A stretch of DNA of 64,000 nt from an uncultured Chloroflexia bacterium (lineage in GTDB: Bacteria > Chloroflexota > Anaerolineae > CG2-30-64-16), in contig CAWEMM010000007.1 in NCBI GenBank assembly GCA_963810095.1, positions 384,001 through 448,000 on the forward strand, written 5' to 3'. The notes under the pieces are model-generated. The model searched no databases and was not told where the DNA came from. It saw only the letters and a list, made by a program, of their open reading frames with translations. A program made the translations under genes and the position numbers. Position 1 is the stretch's first letter, and each line of letters begins with the position of its first letter. Positions 29,270-39,278 of this stretch are shown one piece after another.

Positions 29270-31848
29270 ACGAGCTCTACTTCTGTTGCGACGAGCGCCG
29301 CCGTGCGGCCGTGGCCGACCCAGGCTCAGGGCTCAACGGGATCGCCTATCTCGAGGTCCACGACGGCCCTGGCGTGCCCGACGCGGAGCGCCAGCAGCGG
29401 CTTTTCGTCCACTGCCTAAAGCCCGACGGGCTGAGCGGCCTGGACAAGAAGAACGTCGCAATCGAGGGCGGCGACCGGATCCGGAACGTCCGCGTGACCG
29501 CGGCCGCGGTCGATGCCGCAGACGATCATCTCCTTGTGGTCGACGTGGACGGGCCCGGTGACTTCTCGACCTACACCTTGCGCCTGGTAACGTCGCCGTC
29601 AGACCAGGCGCCGCCCGAGCCGTTCGACGTGCTGCTCTCCGCGGTCGACTTCTCGTTCAAGGTCGAATGCCCGAACGAGTTTGACTGCGGGACCGCGGCC
29701 GAGTGCCCGCCCGAGCCGCAGGCCGATATCGACGTCGAGTACCTCGCCAAGGACTACGCGACGCTGCGACGCCTTATGCTCGACCGGCTGTCGGCCATCG
29801 CGCCCGATTGGCGCGAGCGCAACCCGGCGGACCTCGGCGTCGCGCTCGTGGAACTGCTGGCCTACCTGGGCGACCGGCTGAGCTATCGGCAAGACGCCAT
29901 GGCGACCGAGGCTTATCTCGGCACCGCCCGCAGCCGTGTCTCCGTGCGGCGCCACGCACGGCTGGTGGACTATTTCATCGACGACGGGCGCAACAGCCGG
30001 GCCTGGGTCCACGTTCACCTCGCCGAGGACCGCGCGCCGGCCGATGGTCTGGTGCTGAAGCAGGTGGAAGCCGGGACCGGCGTACGCACGCGGTTCCTCA
30101 CCCGTTTTGCCGATGCGACCCCGGTCGCGGATGCCGATCTGCCCGCAGTCCTGCGTGACTACGCGCCCGAGGTGTTCGAGCCGCTGCACGACGCGTTCCT
30201 CTGCCCCAGCCACAACGAAATCCAGCTCTACACCTGGGACCAGTCGGCGTGCTGCCTGCCGAAGGGCGCGACCCGGGCGACGCTGGCCGATGACCCCGCC
30301 CGGCCCCTCCGCCTGCGCAAGGGCGACGTTCTCGTGTTCGAGGAACGGCTGGGGGCTCGCACGGGCCGCCCTGCCGATGCGGATCGCACGCACCGCCAGG
30401 CCGTCCGCCTGACCTACGTTCGCCCTGAGGCAACGGTAACCGTGGTGGACGGCGTCGAGACCCACGCGCCGGGCGGCGCCGTAACGGACAAGCTGACCGG
30501 GCAGGGCGTGGTAGAAGTCGGGTGGGACAAGGCCGACGCGCTGGCATTTCCCTTGTGCATTTCTGCCGTCACCGACGACGATCACGGGGGTGCCCTGGTA
30601 GCCAACGTGAGCGTGGCAGTGGGCAACATCGTGCTGGCGGATCACGGGCGCACCGTGACGGGCGAGGCGCTCGGCTCGGTGCCGGACGTGGCCCGGTTCG
30701 TTGCCGCCCCCCCGCAAGGCGGCGCTACCGGGACGAAGGAGTGCAAGCCTCCGCCCTTGCTTCCCGTGCCCCCGCGCTTCCGGCCCCGGCTGGCCCAGGC
30801 TCCACTCTCCCAGGCCGGGCGGTATGTCGACACGGCGCCCGCCCGCTACGGCCTTACGCCGCTCGATCCGGCCGCGTATCCGTCGATCACGCTGCATGGG
30901 GAACTGGAAGGCGAACCGAGCCTGTGGACGCCCGAGCGCGACCTGCTGAACGCCAAGGACGACGACGAGCGCTTTGTGGTCGAGATCGAACGTGACGGGA
31001 CGGCCTACCTGCGGTTCGGCGACGACGTCAACGGCAAGCGGCCGGATTCGGGCGCTACCTTCACGGCCGACTACCGGGTGGGCAACGGGCTGAAGGGCAA
31101 TGCCGGCGCAGAGGCGCTGCATCATTTCGTGGCCGGCGCTTCGGTTGCTGACGCAGTCGAATCGGTGCGTAACCCACTGCCCGCCGCGGGCGGCCGCGAG
31201 CCCGAGGATATCGAGGACGTGCGCCAGGCCGCGCCCGAGGCGTTCAAGACCCAGCGCCGTGCGGTCACTGCCGAGGACTACGCCGGGGTTGCCAATCGCT
31301 TCGAGGGCACGCAGAAGGCGACCGCAACCTTCCGCTGGACGGGCAGCTGGCGAACCGTGTTTATCACGGCGGACCGGCTGGGCGGCGACCCCGTAGATGC
31401 TGCCTTTGAGGCGGGCCTGCGGGATTTTGTCGAACCCTACCGGATGGCGGGTCAAGATCTCGAAGTCGATAGCCCGAAGCCGGCCCCGCTCGAGCTGGCC
31501 CTGCAGGTGTGCGTACAGCCGGGTCATTTCCGGTCCGACGTCAAGGCCGCGCTGCTCCAGGTGCTCTCGCGGCGCACGCTGCCCGACGGCCGGCGCGGCC
31601 TCTTCCACCCAGACAACTTCACGTTCGGGGCGACGCTGTACCTGAGCGCCATCCTGGCCGCGTGCCAGGCGGTGCCGGGCGTCGCGTCGGTCGAGGCCAC
31701 TGTCTTCCGTCGCCGGGGCGCGCAGGGCGAAGCCGTGCCCGCAAGCGGCAAGCTCACCTTCGGCTGGCTCGAGATCCCCCGGCTGGACAACGATCCGAAT
31801 TTCCCCGAGCGCGGGGTCCTCAGCCTTGCGCTTGACGGCGGGAAGTGA
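29266..31848 (+). CDS. Baseplate J-like protein 1 (Afp11-like)
   Basis: YLAKDY..LR.LMLDR, DLG..LVEL.AY..D.LSY.QD..ATEAYL.TAR.R.SV.RHARLVDY, RFGD...G.RP, RAVT.EDY. Confidence 0.9.
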   Translation: MNELYFCCDERRRAAVADPGSGLNGIAYLEVHDGPGVPDAERQQRLFVHCLKPDGLSGLDKKNVAIEGGDRIRNVRVTAAAVDAADDHLLVVDVDGPGDFSTYTLRLVTSPSDQAPPEPFDVLLSAVDFSFKVECPNEFDCGTAAECPPEPQADIDVEYLAKDYATLRRLMLDRLSAIAPDWRERNPADLGVALVELLAYLGDRLSYRQDAMATEAYLGTARSRVSVRRHARLVDYFIDDGRNSRAWVHVHLAEDRAPADGLVLKQVEAGTGVRTRFLTRFADATPVADADLPAVLRDYAPEVFEPLHDAFLCPSHNEIQLYTWDQSACCLPKGATRATLADDPARPLRLRKGDVLVFEERLGARTGRPADADRTHRQAVRLTYVRPEATVTVVDGVETHAPGGAVTDKLTGQGVVEVGWDKADALAFPLCISAVTDDDHGGALVANVSVAVGNIVLADHGRTVTGEALGSVPDVARFVAAPPQGGATGTKECKPPPLLPVPPRFRPRLAQAPLSQAGRYVDTAPARYGLTPLDPAAYPSITLHGELEGEPSLWTPERDLLNAKDDDERFVVEIERDGTAYLRFGDDVNGKRPDSGATFTADYRVGNGLKGNAGAEALHHFVAGASVADAVESVRNPLPAAGGREPEDIEDVRQAAPEAFKTQRRAVTAEDYAGVANRFEGTQKATATFRWTGSWRTVFITADRLGGDPVDAAFEAGLRDFVEPYRMAGQDLEVDSPKPAPLELALQVCVQPGHFRSDVKAALLQVLSRRTLPDGRRGLFHPDNFTFGATLYLSAILAACQAVPGVASVEATVFRRRGAQGEAVPASGKLTFGWLEIPRLDNDPNFPERGVLSLALDGGK

Positions 31849-31861
31849 GCGGAGGCGCACC

Positions 31862-34351
31862 ATGGCACTCGATCCGACGATTCGCGGGCTGGATAGCTGC
31901 GGCTGTTGCGAGGGCGTGACCGCCGAGACGCCGGCCGTCATCTACAACCGGCCGGGCCTCCCCTCTATCTCATATCGCACCGGCGAGCACGCCGCGTTCC
32001 TGCGAAGCATGCTGGCGCGGCTGTCGGCCACCTCGAACGCGGGGCTCGGCCGTCTGCAAACCCGCGAAGCCGACGATTTCACGGTCGCGCTGCTCGACGC
32101 ATTTGCGACGATGGCCGACGTGCTCACGTTTTACAACGAGCGCATCGCGGAAGAGTCGTACCTGCGCACGGCGAAGGAACGGCTGTCCATCCTCCACCTT
32201 GCGCGGCTGATCGGGTACGAGCTGGCCCCCGGCGTTGCGGCGGCGACGCCCGTCGCCTTCAACCTGGAGACCGCGGCAGGCGCGCCGGAAGAAATCACGC
32301 TCGATCCGGGTGTCCGCCTGCAGAGCATCCCGGGTCCGGGCGAGACCGCGCAGATCTTCGAGACCGTCGAGACGATCACAGCACGGGGTGCGTGGAACGC
32401 AATCAAACCCCGGCTCACCGCACCGGCCGCGCCCGACCCCGCCGCTTCCACCGTGTACCTCCAGGGCACGGACGCTAATCTCAAACCCGGCGACCGGCTC
32501 CTGATCGCCGGTTCAGCGACGAGCTGGGCCGTGCGCCGGATCGCCGCAGTGACTCTCGAGAATGACCCGGGCCGCACGAAGCTGACGCTCGAAGGTGCGA
32601 CCGGGGGGAACGGCGCGGCGCCCGCGGGCCTCGCTGCGGGCGTCTGGGCGCTGCGGGTCAAGGCGACCCCGTTCGGCAGCAACGCGCCGCTCAAGCCCGA
32701 CCCGGAGACCCCGGGAGATCTCGACGCGGCGACCGAGTGGGATTTGTCTGAGACGGCGGGCGTCCTCAGCCTTGACTCGGTCCAAGACAGCATCAGCACC
32801 GGCAGCTGGGTGGTCGTCGACCGCATCTGGTACTACTACGGCTACACACTGGGACTGCCCTACCCCGCGAACGGGCGCATCGACCTGCTGCTCAAGGCGA
32901 ACCAGGTGCAGACGTTGGCTCGCGCCAACTACGGCATAGCCGCCCGCGTCACGTCTCTGACTCTGAGCGGCGGCTGGCTCGATCCGCTCGAGTGGTCGCT
33001 CTGGTGGGTGCGGAACACCGTCGTCTACGCGGGCAGCGAGCTGCTGGCGCTGGCCGAGGCGCCGCTGCCCGACGCGCTGGAGCCGAACACCATCACGGTC
33101 GCCGGCGATGTCTCCGCTCTTCCTCCCGGCCGCAGCCTCGTCTTCTCGGGCCGCTTGCTCGGGCAGGCGCCTGACGCGCCCCTTACGATTGAGTTGGCAG
33201 CACTCAAGTCCGTCAGCGTCGTCGACGCTAACAGCGTCCTGACGCTGGAAAAGTCGCTGGTCAGCGCCTTCGACCGGCGGACCGTGGCCATCAATGCGAA
33301 CGTCGCGGCGGCCACGCAAGGTGAGACGGTGAGCGAAGTGGTGGGCGGGGGTGATCCCGCGCGGGCGCACCAGGCCTTCGTCCTGAAACAGGCGCCGCTA
33401 ACCTACACGACCGGCGCGGCCGGCATCCAAAGCTCGCTCTCGGTGCGGGTGAACGATGTGCTGTGGCACGAAGCGCCGACGCTCTACGCGACCGGGCCGC
33501 GGGACCGTATCTACGCTGCCCGCACCGAGCCGGACGGCCGCACCACGATCCGATTCGGCGACGGCGAAGCGGGCGCACGCCTGCCCCGCGGCACAGATAA
33601 TGTCCGGGCCATCTACCGCAAGGGCGCAGGCGTCGCGGGGAACGTCAAGGCGGGCCAGGTCAGCATGCTGCTGACCCGGCCGCTCGGCGTCAAGGATGTA
33701 GTCAACCCGCTGCCCGCGAACGGCGGCGCCGACCCGCAAAGCCAGGAACAGGCGCGCGCAAATGCGCCCATCGCCGTTCTGACGCTGGGCCGGGTCGTGT
33801 CCCTGCTCGACTACGAGGACTTCGCCCGCGGCTACCCCGGCATCGCGAAGGCGCTGGCAACGTGGACCTGGGACGGGCGGCGCCGCGGCGTGCTGCTGAC
33901 CGTCGCAGGCCCGGAAGGCGCACTCATCGAGGAGGAAGGCATCGCGTGGCCCGGCTTGCTGAGCAGCCTGGTCGGCGCAGGCGACCCGCATGTGCCCCTC
34001 CGCCTGCGAACGCACCGCCCGGTCGGGTTCGTGCTGACCGCGTCGCTGGCCGTCGCGCCGGATTATCTGCCCGAAAAGGTCGTCACAGATGTCGAGACCG
34101 CCCTTCTTGCCGCGTTCTCGTTTGACGCCCGTCAGCTGGGGCAGGCGGTCGCGCTGAGCGAAGTGTTGGCCGTGATGCAGGCAATCCCGGGCGTGCTCGG
34201 GGTGGATGTGGACCGCCTGCACCGGCCCGACCAACCGCCTGGCGCCTATCCGCGGCTGCGTGCCGCCGTGCCGCAGCCCGGTGCGGCCGACGGACCCGGC
34301 GCCGAACTCCTGACCCTTGACGCGGCCGCGTTGTCGCTGGCGGCAGGCTGA
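31862..34351 (+). CDS. Baseplate J-like protein 2
   Basis: DVLTFYNERIA.ESYLRTA.ER.S...LARLIGY...PG.AA, RFGDG..GARLP.G..N, R.VSL.DYEDFAR. Confidence 0.9.
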   Translation: MALDPTIRGLDSCGCCEGVTAETPAVIYNRPGLPSISYRTGEHAAFLRSMLARLSATSNAGLGRLQTREADDFTVALLDAFATMADVLTFYNERIAEESYLRTAKERLSILHLARLIGYELAPGVAAATPVAFNLETAAGAPEEITLDPGVRLQSIPGPGETAQIFETVETITARGAWNAIKPRLTAPAAPDPAASTVYLQGTDANLKPGDRLLIAGSATSWAVRRIAAVTLENDPGRTKLTLEGATGGNGAAPAGLAAGVWALRVKATPFGSNAPLKPDPETPGDLDAATEWDLSETAGVLSLDSVQDSISTGSWVVVDRIWYYYGYTLGLPYPANGRIDLLLKANQVQTLARANYGIAARVTSLTLSGGWLDPLEWSLWWVRNTVVYAGSELLALAEAPLPDALEPNTITVAGDVSALPPGRSLVFSGRLLGQAPDAPLTIELAALKSVSVVDANSVLTLEKSLVSAFDRRTVAINANVAAATQGETVSEVVGGGDPARAHQAFVLKQAPLTYTTGAAGIQSSLSVRVNDVLWHEAPTLYATGPRDRIYAARTEPDGRTTIRFGDGEAGARLPRGTDNVRAIYRKGAGVAGNVKAGQVSMLLTRPLGVKDVVNPLPANGGADPQSQEQARANAPIAVLTLGRVVSLLDYEDFARGYPGIAKALATWTWDGRRRGVLLTVAGPEGALIEEEGIAWPGLLSSLVGAGDPHVPLRLRTHRPVGFVLTASLAVAPDYLPEKVVTDVETALLAAFSFDARQLGQAVALSEVLAVMQAIPGVLGVDVDRLHRPDQPPGAYPRLRAAVPQPGAADGPGAELLTLDAAALSLAAG

Positions 34352-34362
34352 GGTTGATGCTC

Positions 34363-36409
34363 ATGGATGCGAAACAGCTTTTAGATCTGCTCCCCGCCAT
34401 TTACCGCCTGCGCGATGCAGAGCAGGGCGGTCCGCTGGAGGCCCTGCTCGAGGTTCTGGCCGAGCAGCTGGCCGGGCTCGAGGAGAGCCTGGACCAGATG
34501 TACGACGACCAGTTTGTCGAGACGGCGGCGCCCTGGGTGCTGCCGTACATCGGCGATCTGATCGGCTACCGGGCCGTCAACCTCGATGCGTCGCCGGTGC
34601 TGGGCAGCCCGCGCAGCGAGGTGGCGAACACGATTGGCTACCGGAGGCGCAAGGGCACCGCGGCCATGCTCGAGCAACTGGCTCGCGACACGACGGGGTG
34701 GGACGCGTCCGTCGTCGAGTTCTTCGACCGGCTCGCCACCACCCAGACCATGAACCACATCCGACCCGCTAACCTCTACGCGCCGCATCTGCGCCGCATC
34801 GGGGAGCTTCCGCCGGTAGACTCGCCGTTTGACCGGATCAGCCACACCGCCGACGTGCGCCGGATCGGCGCGGGCCGCACCGGCCGGGCGGCCGGGGGCC
34901 AGGGCAAATACAACATCCCGAATATCGGGCTGTTCCTGTGGCGAATCCAGGAGCAGCGTCTCACCCGTTCGCCCGCGGTCGCGCTCGGCGGGGGGCGCTA
35001 TCTCGTTCATCCGCTCGGCGTCGACGCAGCGCTCTACAACGACGCGCGGCCGGTGCCCGATTTTGCGGGGCTCGCCACGCCCGCCAATGTTCCCGCAGCC
35101 GATCGGCCGGCGCCATTTGTCGCGGCAGCCGGCGGAGTACTACGGCCTTGGTCAGAGCTTGCTCGTCGAACTGCACCCCGTGGACGGCGGCGGACTCTTC
35201 GACCCCGCCGCTTCGCCCACTGCCGTCCCGGTTGGGGACATCGTCGCCTGTGACCTCTCGGACGTGCTCGACGGCTCGGGTGGGACCACCTGGGCACATC
35301 TGCCCATTCCCGGGGGCCGGGTCGCGGTGGACCCCGTCCTCGGCCGGCTCGCGTTTGGCACGGCGCCGGCCGAGATGGTGCTCGTCACCTTCCACTACGG
35401 CTCCCCGGCGGAGATTGGCGGCGGCGAGTACGAGCGGGCGGCGACTTTCCAGGCGAAGCTCGAGCCGCTCACGCCGGTCAGCATGCCCGGTCCGTTGCAA
35501 GCTGCGCTGGCGGGGCTAACGACGGGCGGCGTCGTCCAGGTCCAGGACAGCGGGCGCTATGCCGAGACGTTGTCGCTGTCGCTCGACGCCGGCGCACACG
35601 TCGAAATTCGGGGGCGGAACGGCGCGCGGCCCACGCTCGAACTGGGCGCGGAGTGGATCGTCGACGGCGGCGCGGGCAGCGAGCTGACCTTGAACGGCCT
35701 TCTGATTGCGGGCGCAGGGCTGCGGGTGACGGGCAACCTGGCCCGGCTGAGCCTGGTTCACTGCACGCTGGCCGGACCGCTCACCGTGGAAGCGGCCGGA
35801 GTGCAAGTCATGGTCGAGTCGAGCGTCACGGCGGGGCTGTTCGTCCATAAAGAGAGCAGCATGTCTGTCGAGAACAGCATTGTCGACGCGGGGGCCGACG
35901 CCGGCTGGGCCTATTCCGGCTCGGGGGCAGCTGCGGGAGCGGCGCCGGGCGGCCCGTTGACCGCGACCGGTTCGACGGTGATCGGGCGGGTATGGACGAC
36001 GGAGATGCCGCTGGCCTCAAATGCGATCTTTGACGCGCGCGTGCCCGAGGATGCGCCGGACACACCGCTCCAGTACCCGGTACGCGTCGACCAGCGGCAG
36101 GAAGGCTGCGTGCGTTTCTCTTACGTGCCGCCCGGCTCGCGGACGCCCCGGCGCCACCTGTGCCAGCCGGCCGGCGACGTGGACCCTCGCCGGGTGCAGC
36201 CCGACTTCACGTCCCTGCGCCTTGGTGATGCGGGCTACGGGCAGTTGAGCCAGCGCGGGCCCGTCGAGATTTCGACCGGCGCGGACGACGGCGGCGAGAT
36301 GGGCGCTTACCATCACCTGCTCGGCCAGCAGCGCGTCGCGAATCTGGGCGTGCGCCTCGACGAGTACCTGCGCTTCGGCCTCGAGGCCGGCATCTTCTTC
36401 GTTTCGTGA
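34363..36409 (+). CDS. Phage tail protein I-like baseplate wedge (Afp12-like); frameshift near 35095
   Basis: LLPAIYR.RD, YDD.F.ET...WV.PY.GDLIG, RRRKGT...LEQLA; second frame has VAVDP.LGR, GCVRFSYVP, GA.DG.EMG and L.EYL.FGLEAG. Confidence 0.85.
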
Positions 36410-36418
36410 GGTGAGAGT

Positions 36419-39199
36419 ATGAAGGGCGATTTCAGCCGGCAAACGTTTGACCCCCGCAGGCACCACAGCGCCGTGCTCATGCAACAGGGCCGGGTGCAGC
36501 TCGATGCGGACTGGAACGAACAGGATGCCATCGGCCGCTACCGGGACGAGAAGGAAGCCGTCGACACGATTGGACGCTGCGGGGGCCCCCTGCACGCGGC
36601 CGGCTTCGAGATCACCTCTGACGGCCAGCAGTTGTTCATCGGCCAGGGCCGCTACTGGGTGGACGGCATTCTCGTCGAGAACGATCTTGGCGACCTCCGC
36701 TATGACCAGAGCGGCGCCGGCGAGACTGCGGCCGTGGCGTTCGACGTCCAACCGTACTTCGCCGGCCCCACGCTGGCCGACCAGCTCGCGGCGATGAAGG
36801 AAAATGGCGCGGCGGCCGCGCTGGCCTATCTCGACGTCTGGGAGCGCCATGTGACGGCGCTCGAGGACCCCAGGCTGCGCGAAGTGGCGCTCGGCGGTCC
36901 CGATACGACGACCCGGCGCCAGGTCGTGTGGCAGGTCAAGCTGCTGGCCATCAGCCGGGACGACCAGGACGAGCGCACCGCGCTGCTGGAGCGGCGCAAG
37001 TCGCTGCAAGTCGACCTGGACGGGGTGAAGCAGGCCTCAGAGCAGCTGGCGGGCCAGATCAAGGAGCTGGAGGACAAGCTGGCCGCGGCACCGGCCGGCG
37101 GCGCCGCGGCCAGGAAGCTGCAGGCGCAAATTGCCAGGCTGCAGACCCAGCAGAAGGAACTGGACGCGAAACAGGCCGAGGTCGGGGCGGCATTGGCCGA
37201 GGTCGACAAGGAATTGCAGGCGCTGGGCGGCGGCAGCGAACCGGCCTGCGACGGCGAGATCCCCGGGTGGGCCGAGCTGTGGCCCCAGCCGGGCACGCTC
37301 AACGCACGGGCCCAGCCGGGCGACCCGGCAGACGACCCCTGCGAGCTTCCGCCGGGCCGCGGCTACCGGGGACTGGAGAACCAGCTCTACCGGGTGGAGA
37401 TCCAGCGAGGCGGCGCGGCCGGCGTTGCAACGTTCAAATGGTCTCGCGACAACGGCACGGTCGTGGCGGGCATCGAGGAGATCTCCGGCTCGACCGTCCG
37501 GTTGGACACCCTCGGCCCCGACGACGTGCTCGGCTTTGCGAGCGGGCAGTGGGTCGAACTGCTGGATGACCGGGTGGAACTCGGCGGGCAAGGCGGCCAG
37601 TTGGCGAAGATCACGGGCATTACGACGGCCACCCGCGAGTTGACCCTTGACCCTGCACCCCAGCCGCTGGCCGCGAGCGCAGGCGGGATCGACCGCTCGC
37701 TGCATCCCCGTTTGCGGCGGTGGGACCAGGCCGGCGACACCGCAACCGCGGACGGGGTCCTCACGGGCGGCGGTTGGTTGGAGCTGGAAAACGGGGTCGA
37801 GGTCCAGTTTGGCGGGGAGCCGGGTGCGGCCTACCGGCCCGGCGACTACTGGACCATCCCGGCCCGGGCCGCCACCGGCGACCTCGAATGGCCGCCCTAC
37901 GAGACGCCGAATCTCAATCCCGTGCCCCAGGAGCCGGCCGGCATCGAACACCACTTCTGCCGCCTTGCCCTGATCCAGTGGGAGGGCGACAAGCTGAGTG
38001 TCTCGGATGACTGCCGCCAGATCTTTCCGCCCCTGACGGAAATCTGCTGCACCCGCGACGCGCTGCACGTGACGGCCATCAACTGGACGAACGACGGGGC
38101 CGCGCCGGCAAGCCTCCTCACGGACCCCGGGCTTCGCATCACGCTGGACGCGGCGCCCGAACCGGCTTCAGTCAGCAACGACAGCCTCCTGGTCACGCTC
38201 GACTTCCCGTTCAATACGGGGAACACGACCGTCCCAAACATCCGGCAGCGGCTGGTAATTCTGGGAAGCACGGTGGGCGTCGACCCGAACGATCCGCGCA
38301 CCATCGTCTGGCAGTTCCGCGAAGCGAATGTTGGCACGACGAACGGCGGTGCGCAGCCACCCACGACGGGTGGGACGGCTCAGCCGCCCACGGGAGGCAC
38401 GGCGCAGCCGCCGGCCGGCACGCCCACGACGCCGCCGATCGGGATATTCCATCCCCCGATCTTTGGCGGGCTCAATCCCGGCATCCTGAATCCCGCCATC
38501 GTCGTCGAGCGAGCGGTGGCGCCCGCACAGTCGCAGCTCCGGCTCAACGTGACCCTGCGGGGCAGCTTCATCTGGCGCGCAGAGGGGCGCAAGCGAATCT
38601 ACCTGGACGGGGAGACGCTGGGCGTGCCGGTGACCGACCCGGGGAGCCAGCAGGTGCGGACCGGGCTCGATCTCCCGTCGGGCGACGGCCGGCGGGCAAG
38701 TGACTTCGAAAGCTGGTTCTTCCTGGGCACGGGCCGGCCGGCGCCGCAGCCGTTGCAGGTGGCTGCGGTGACCTTCCGGACGACGTTTGGTGCGGCGCCG
38801 CGCGACGTGGTCACGGTGAAGGAGTTCACCACCGATCCGGCCAAGTTCCAGCCGATCCAGTCAAAGGACGCGGTGAACGTGCTCGATCTGCAGTTCAACC
38901 GGGCCGTAAATCCGGAAGGCGATTTCGCCAGCGACGCGCCTGCGCCAGTCTTTGTCGAGTTTCTGGGTCCGAACGGCAGGCGCTGTTTCGGAGATCTGAC
39001 GGTGAAGGGCACCCGGGCGCTGTTCACCGCCCGGCAACCGGAGGTCTTCAAGCAGCCGGGCGACTACCGGCTCACCGTGTTCGCCGCGACGGGCAACGGA
39101 GGCATCGGGGTCACGGCGCAGGACGACGGCTCAGCCTTGGATGGCGATTTCGACGGCCAGCCCGGGACGAATTTCTTCCTGATGTTTCGGGTCGCTTAG
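36419..39199 (+). CDS. DUF6519-domain protein (probable tail fibre/accessory), last gene of the eCIS
   Basis: MKGDFSR.TF, QQGRVQLDADWNE, GRYWVDGIL.EN, YLDVWER, GGPDTTTR, YRGLENQLYRVEI, FKWSRDNG, GDYW.IPAR; coiled-coil insert; Ig-like C-terminus ending LDGDFDGQPG. Confidence 0.85.
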   Translation: MKGDFSRQTFDPRRHHSAVLMQQGRVQLDADWNEQDAIGRYRDEKEAVDTIGRCGGPLHAAGFEITSDGQQLFIGQGRYWVDGILVENDLGDLRYDQSGAGETAAVAFDVQPYFAGPTLADQLAAMKENGAAAALAYLDVWERHVTALEDPRLREVALGGPDTTTRRQVVWQVKLLAISRDDQDERTALLERRKSLQVDLDGVKQASEQLAGQIKELEDKLAAAPAGGAAARKLQAQIARLQTQQKELDAKQAEVGAALAEVDKELQALGGGSEPACDGEIPGWAELWPQPGTLNARAQPGDPADDPCELPPGRGYRGLENQLYRVEIQRGGAAGVATFKWSRDNGTVVAGIEEISGSTVRLDTLGPDDVLGFASGQWVELLDDRVELGGQGGQLAKITGITTATRELTLDPAPQPLAASAGGIDRSLHPRLRRWDQAGDTATADGVLTGGGWLELENGVEVQFGGEPGAAYRPGDYWTIPARAATGDLEWPPYETPNLNPVPQEPAGIEHHFCRLALIQWEGDKLSVSDDCRQIFPPLTEICCTRDALHVTAINWTNDGAAPASLLTDPGLRITLDAAPEPASVSNDSLLVTLDFPFNTGNTTVPNIRQRLVILGSTVGVDPNDPRTIVWQFREANVGTTNGGAQPPTTGGTAQPPTGGTAQPPAGTPTTPPIGIFHPPIFGGLNPGILNPAIVVERAVAPAQSQLRLNVTLRGSFIWRAEGRKRIYLDGETLGVPVTDPGSQQVRTGLDLPSGDGRRASDFESWFFLGTGRPAPQPLQVAAVTFRTTFGAAPRDVVTVKEFTTDPAKFQPIQSKDAVNVLDLQFNRAVNPEGDFASDAPAPVFVEFLGPNGRRCFGDLTVKGTRALFTARQPEVFKQPGDYRLTVFAATGNGGIGVTAQDDGSALDGDFDGQPGTNFFLMFRVA

Positions 39200-39257
39200 C
39201 GCGAGCGTGGGCGGCAAGCGGCGTCCGCCGGACGCCGCATGCCGCCCACGCTCGCGC
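39199..39257. terminator. Long GC-rich hairpin between the convergent eCIS and RCC1 genes
   Basis: About 28-bp arms GCGCGAGCGTGGGCGGCA-A-GCGGCGTCC / GGACGCCGC-A-TGCCGCCCACGCTCGCGC. Confidence 0.6.
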
Positions 39258-39278
39258 GAGGAAATCCCCTCGCGGTTC

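Noticed and set aside
29599-31941. Long antisense and alternate-frame ORFs (e.g. 780 aa here, 12772..14217, 17310..19157, 51839..53290)
   Set aside because: Shadow ORFs expected in high-GC coding DNA; they overlap well-supported genes and show no motifs.
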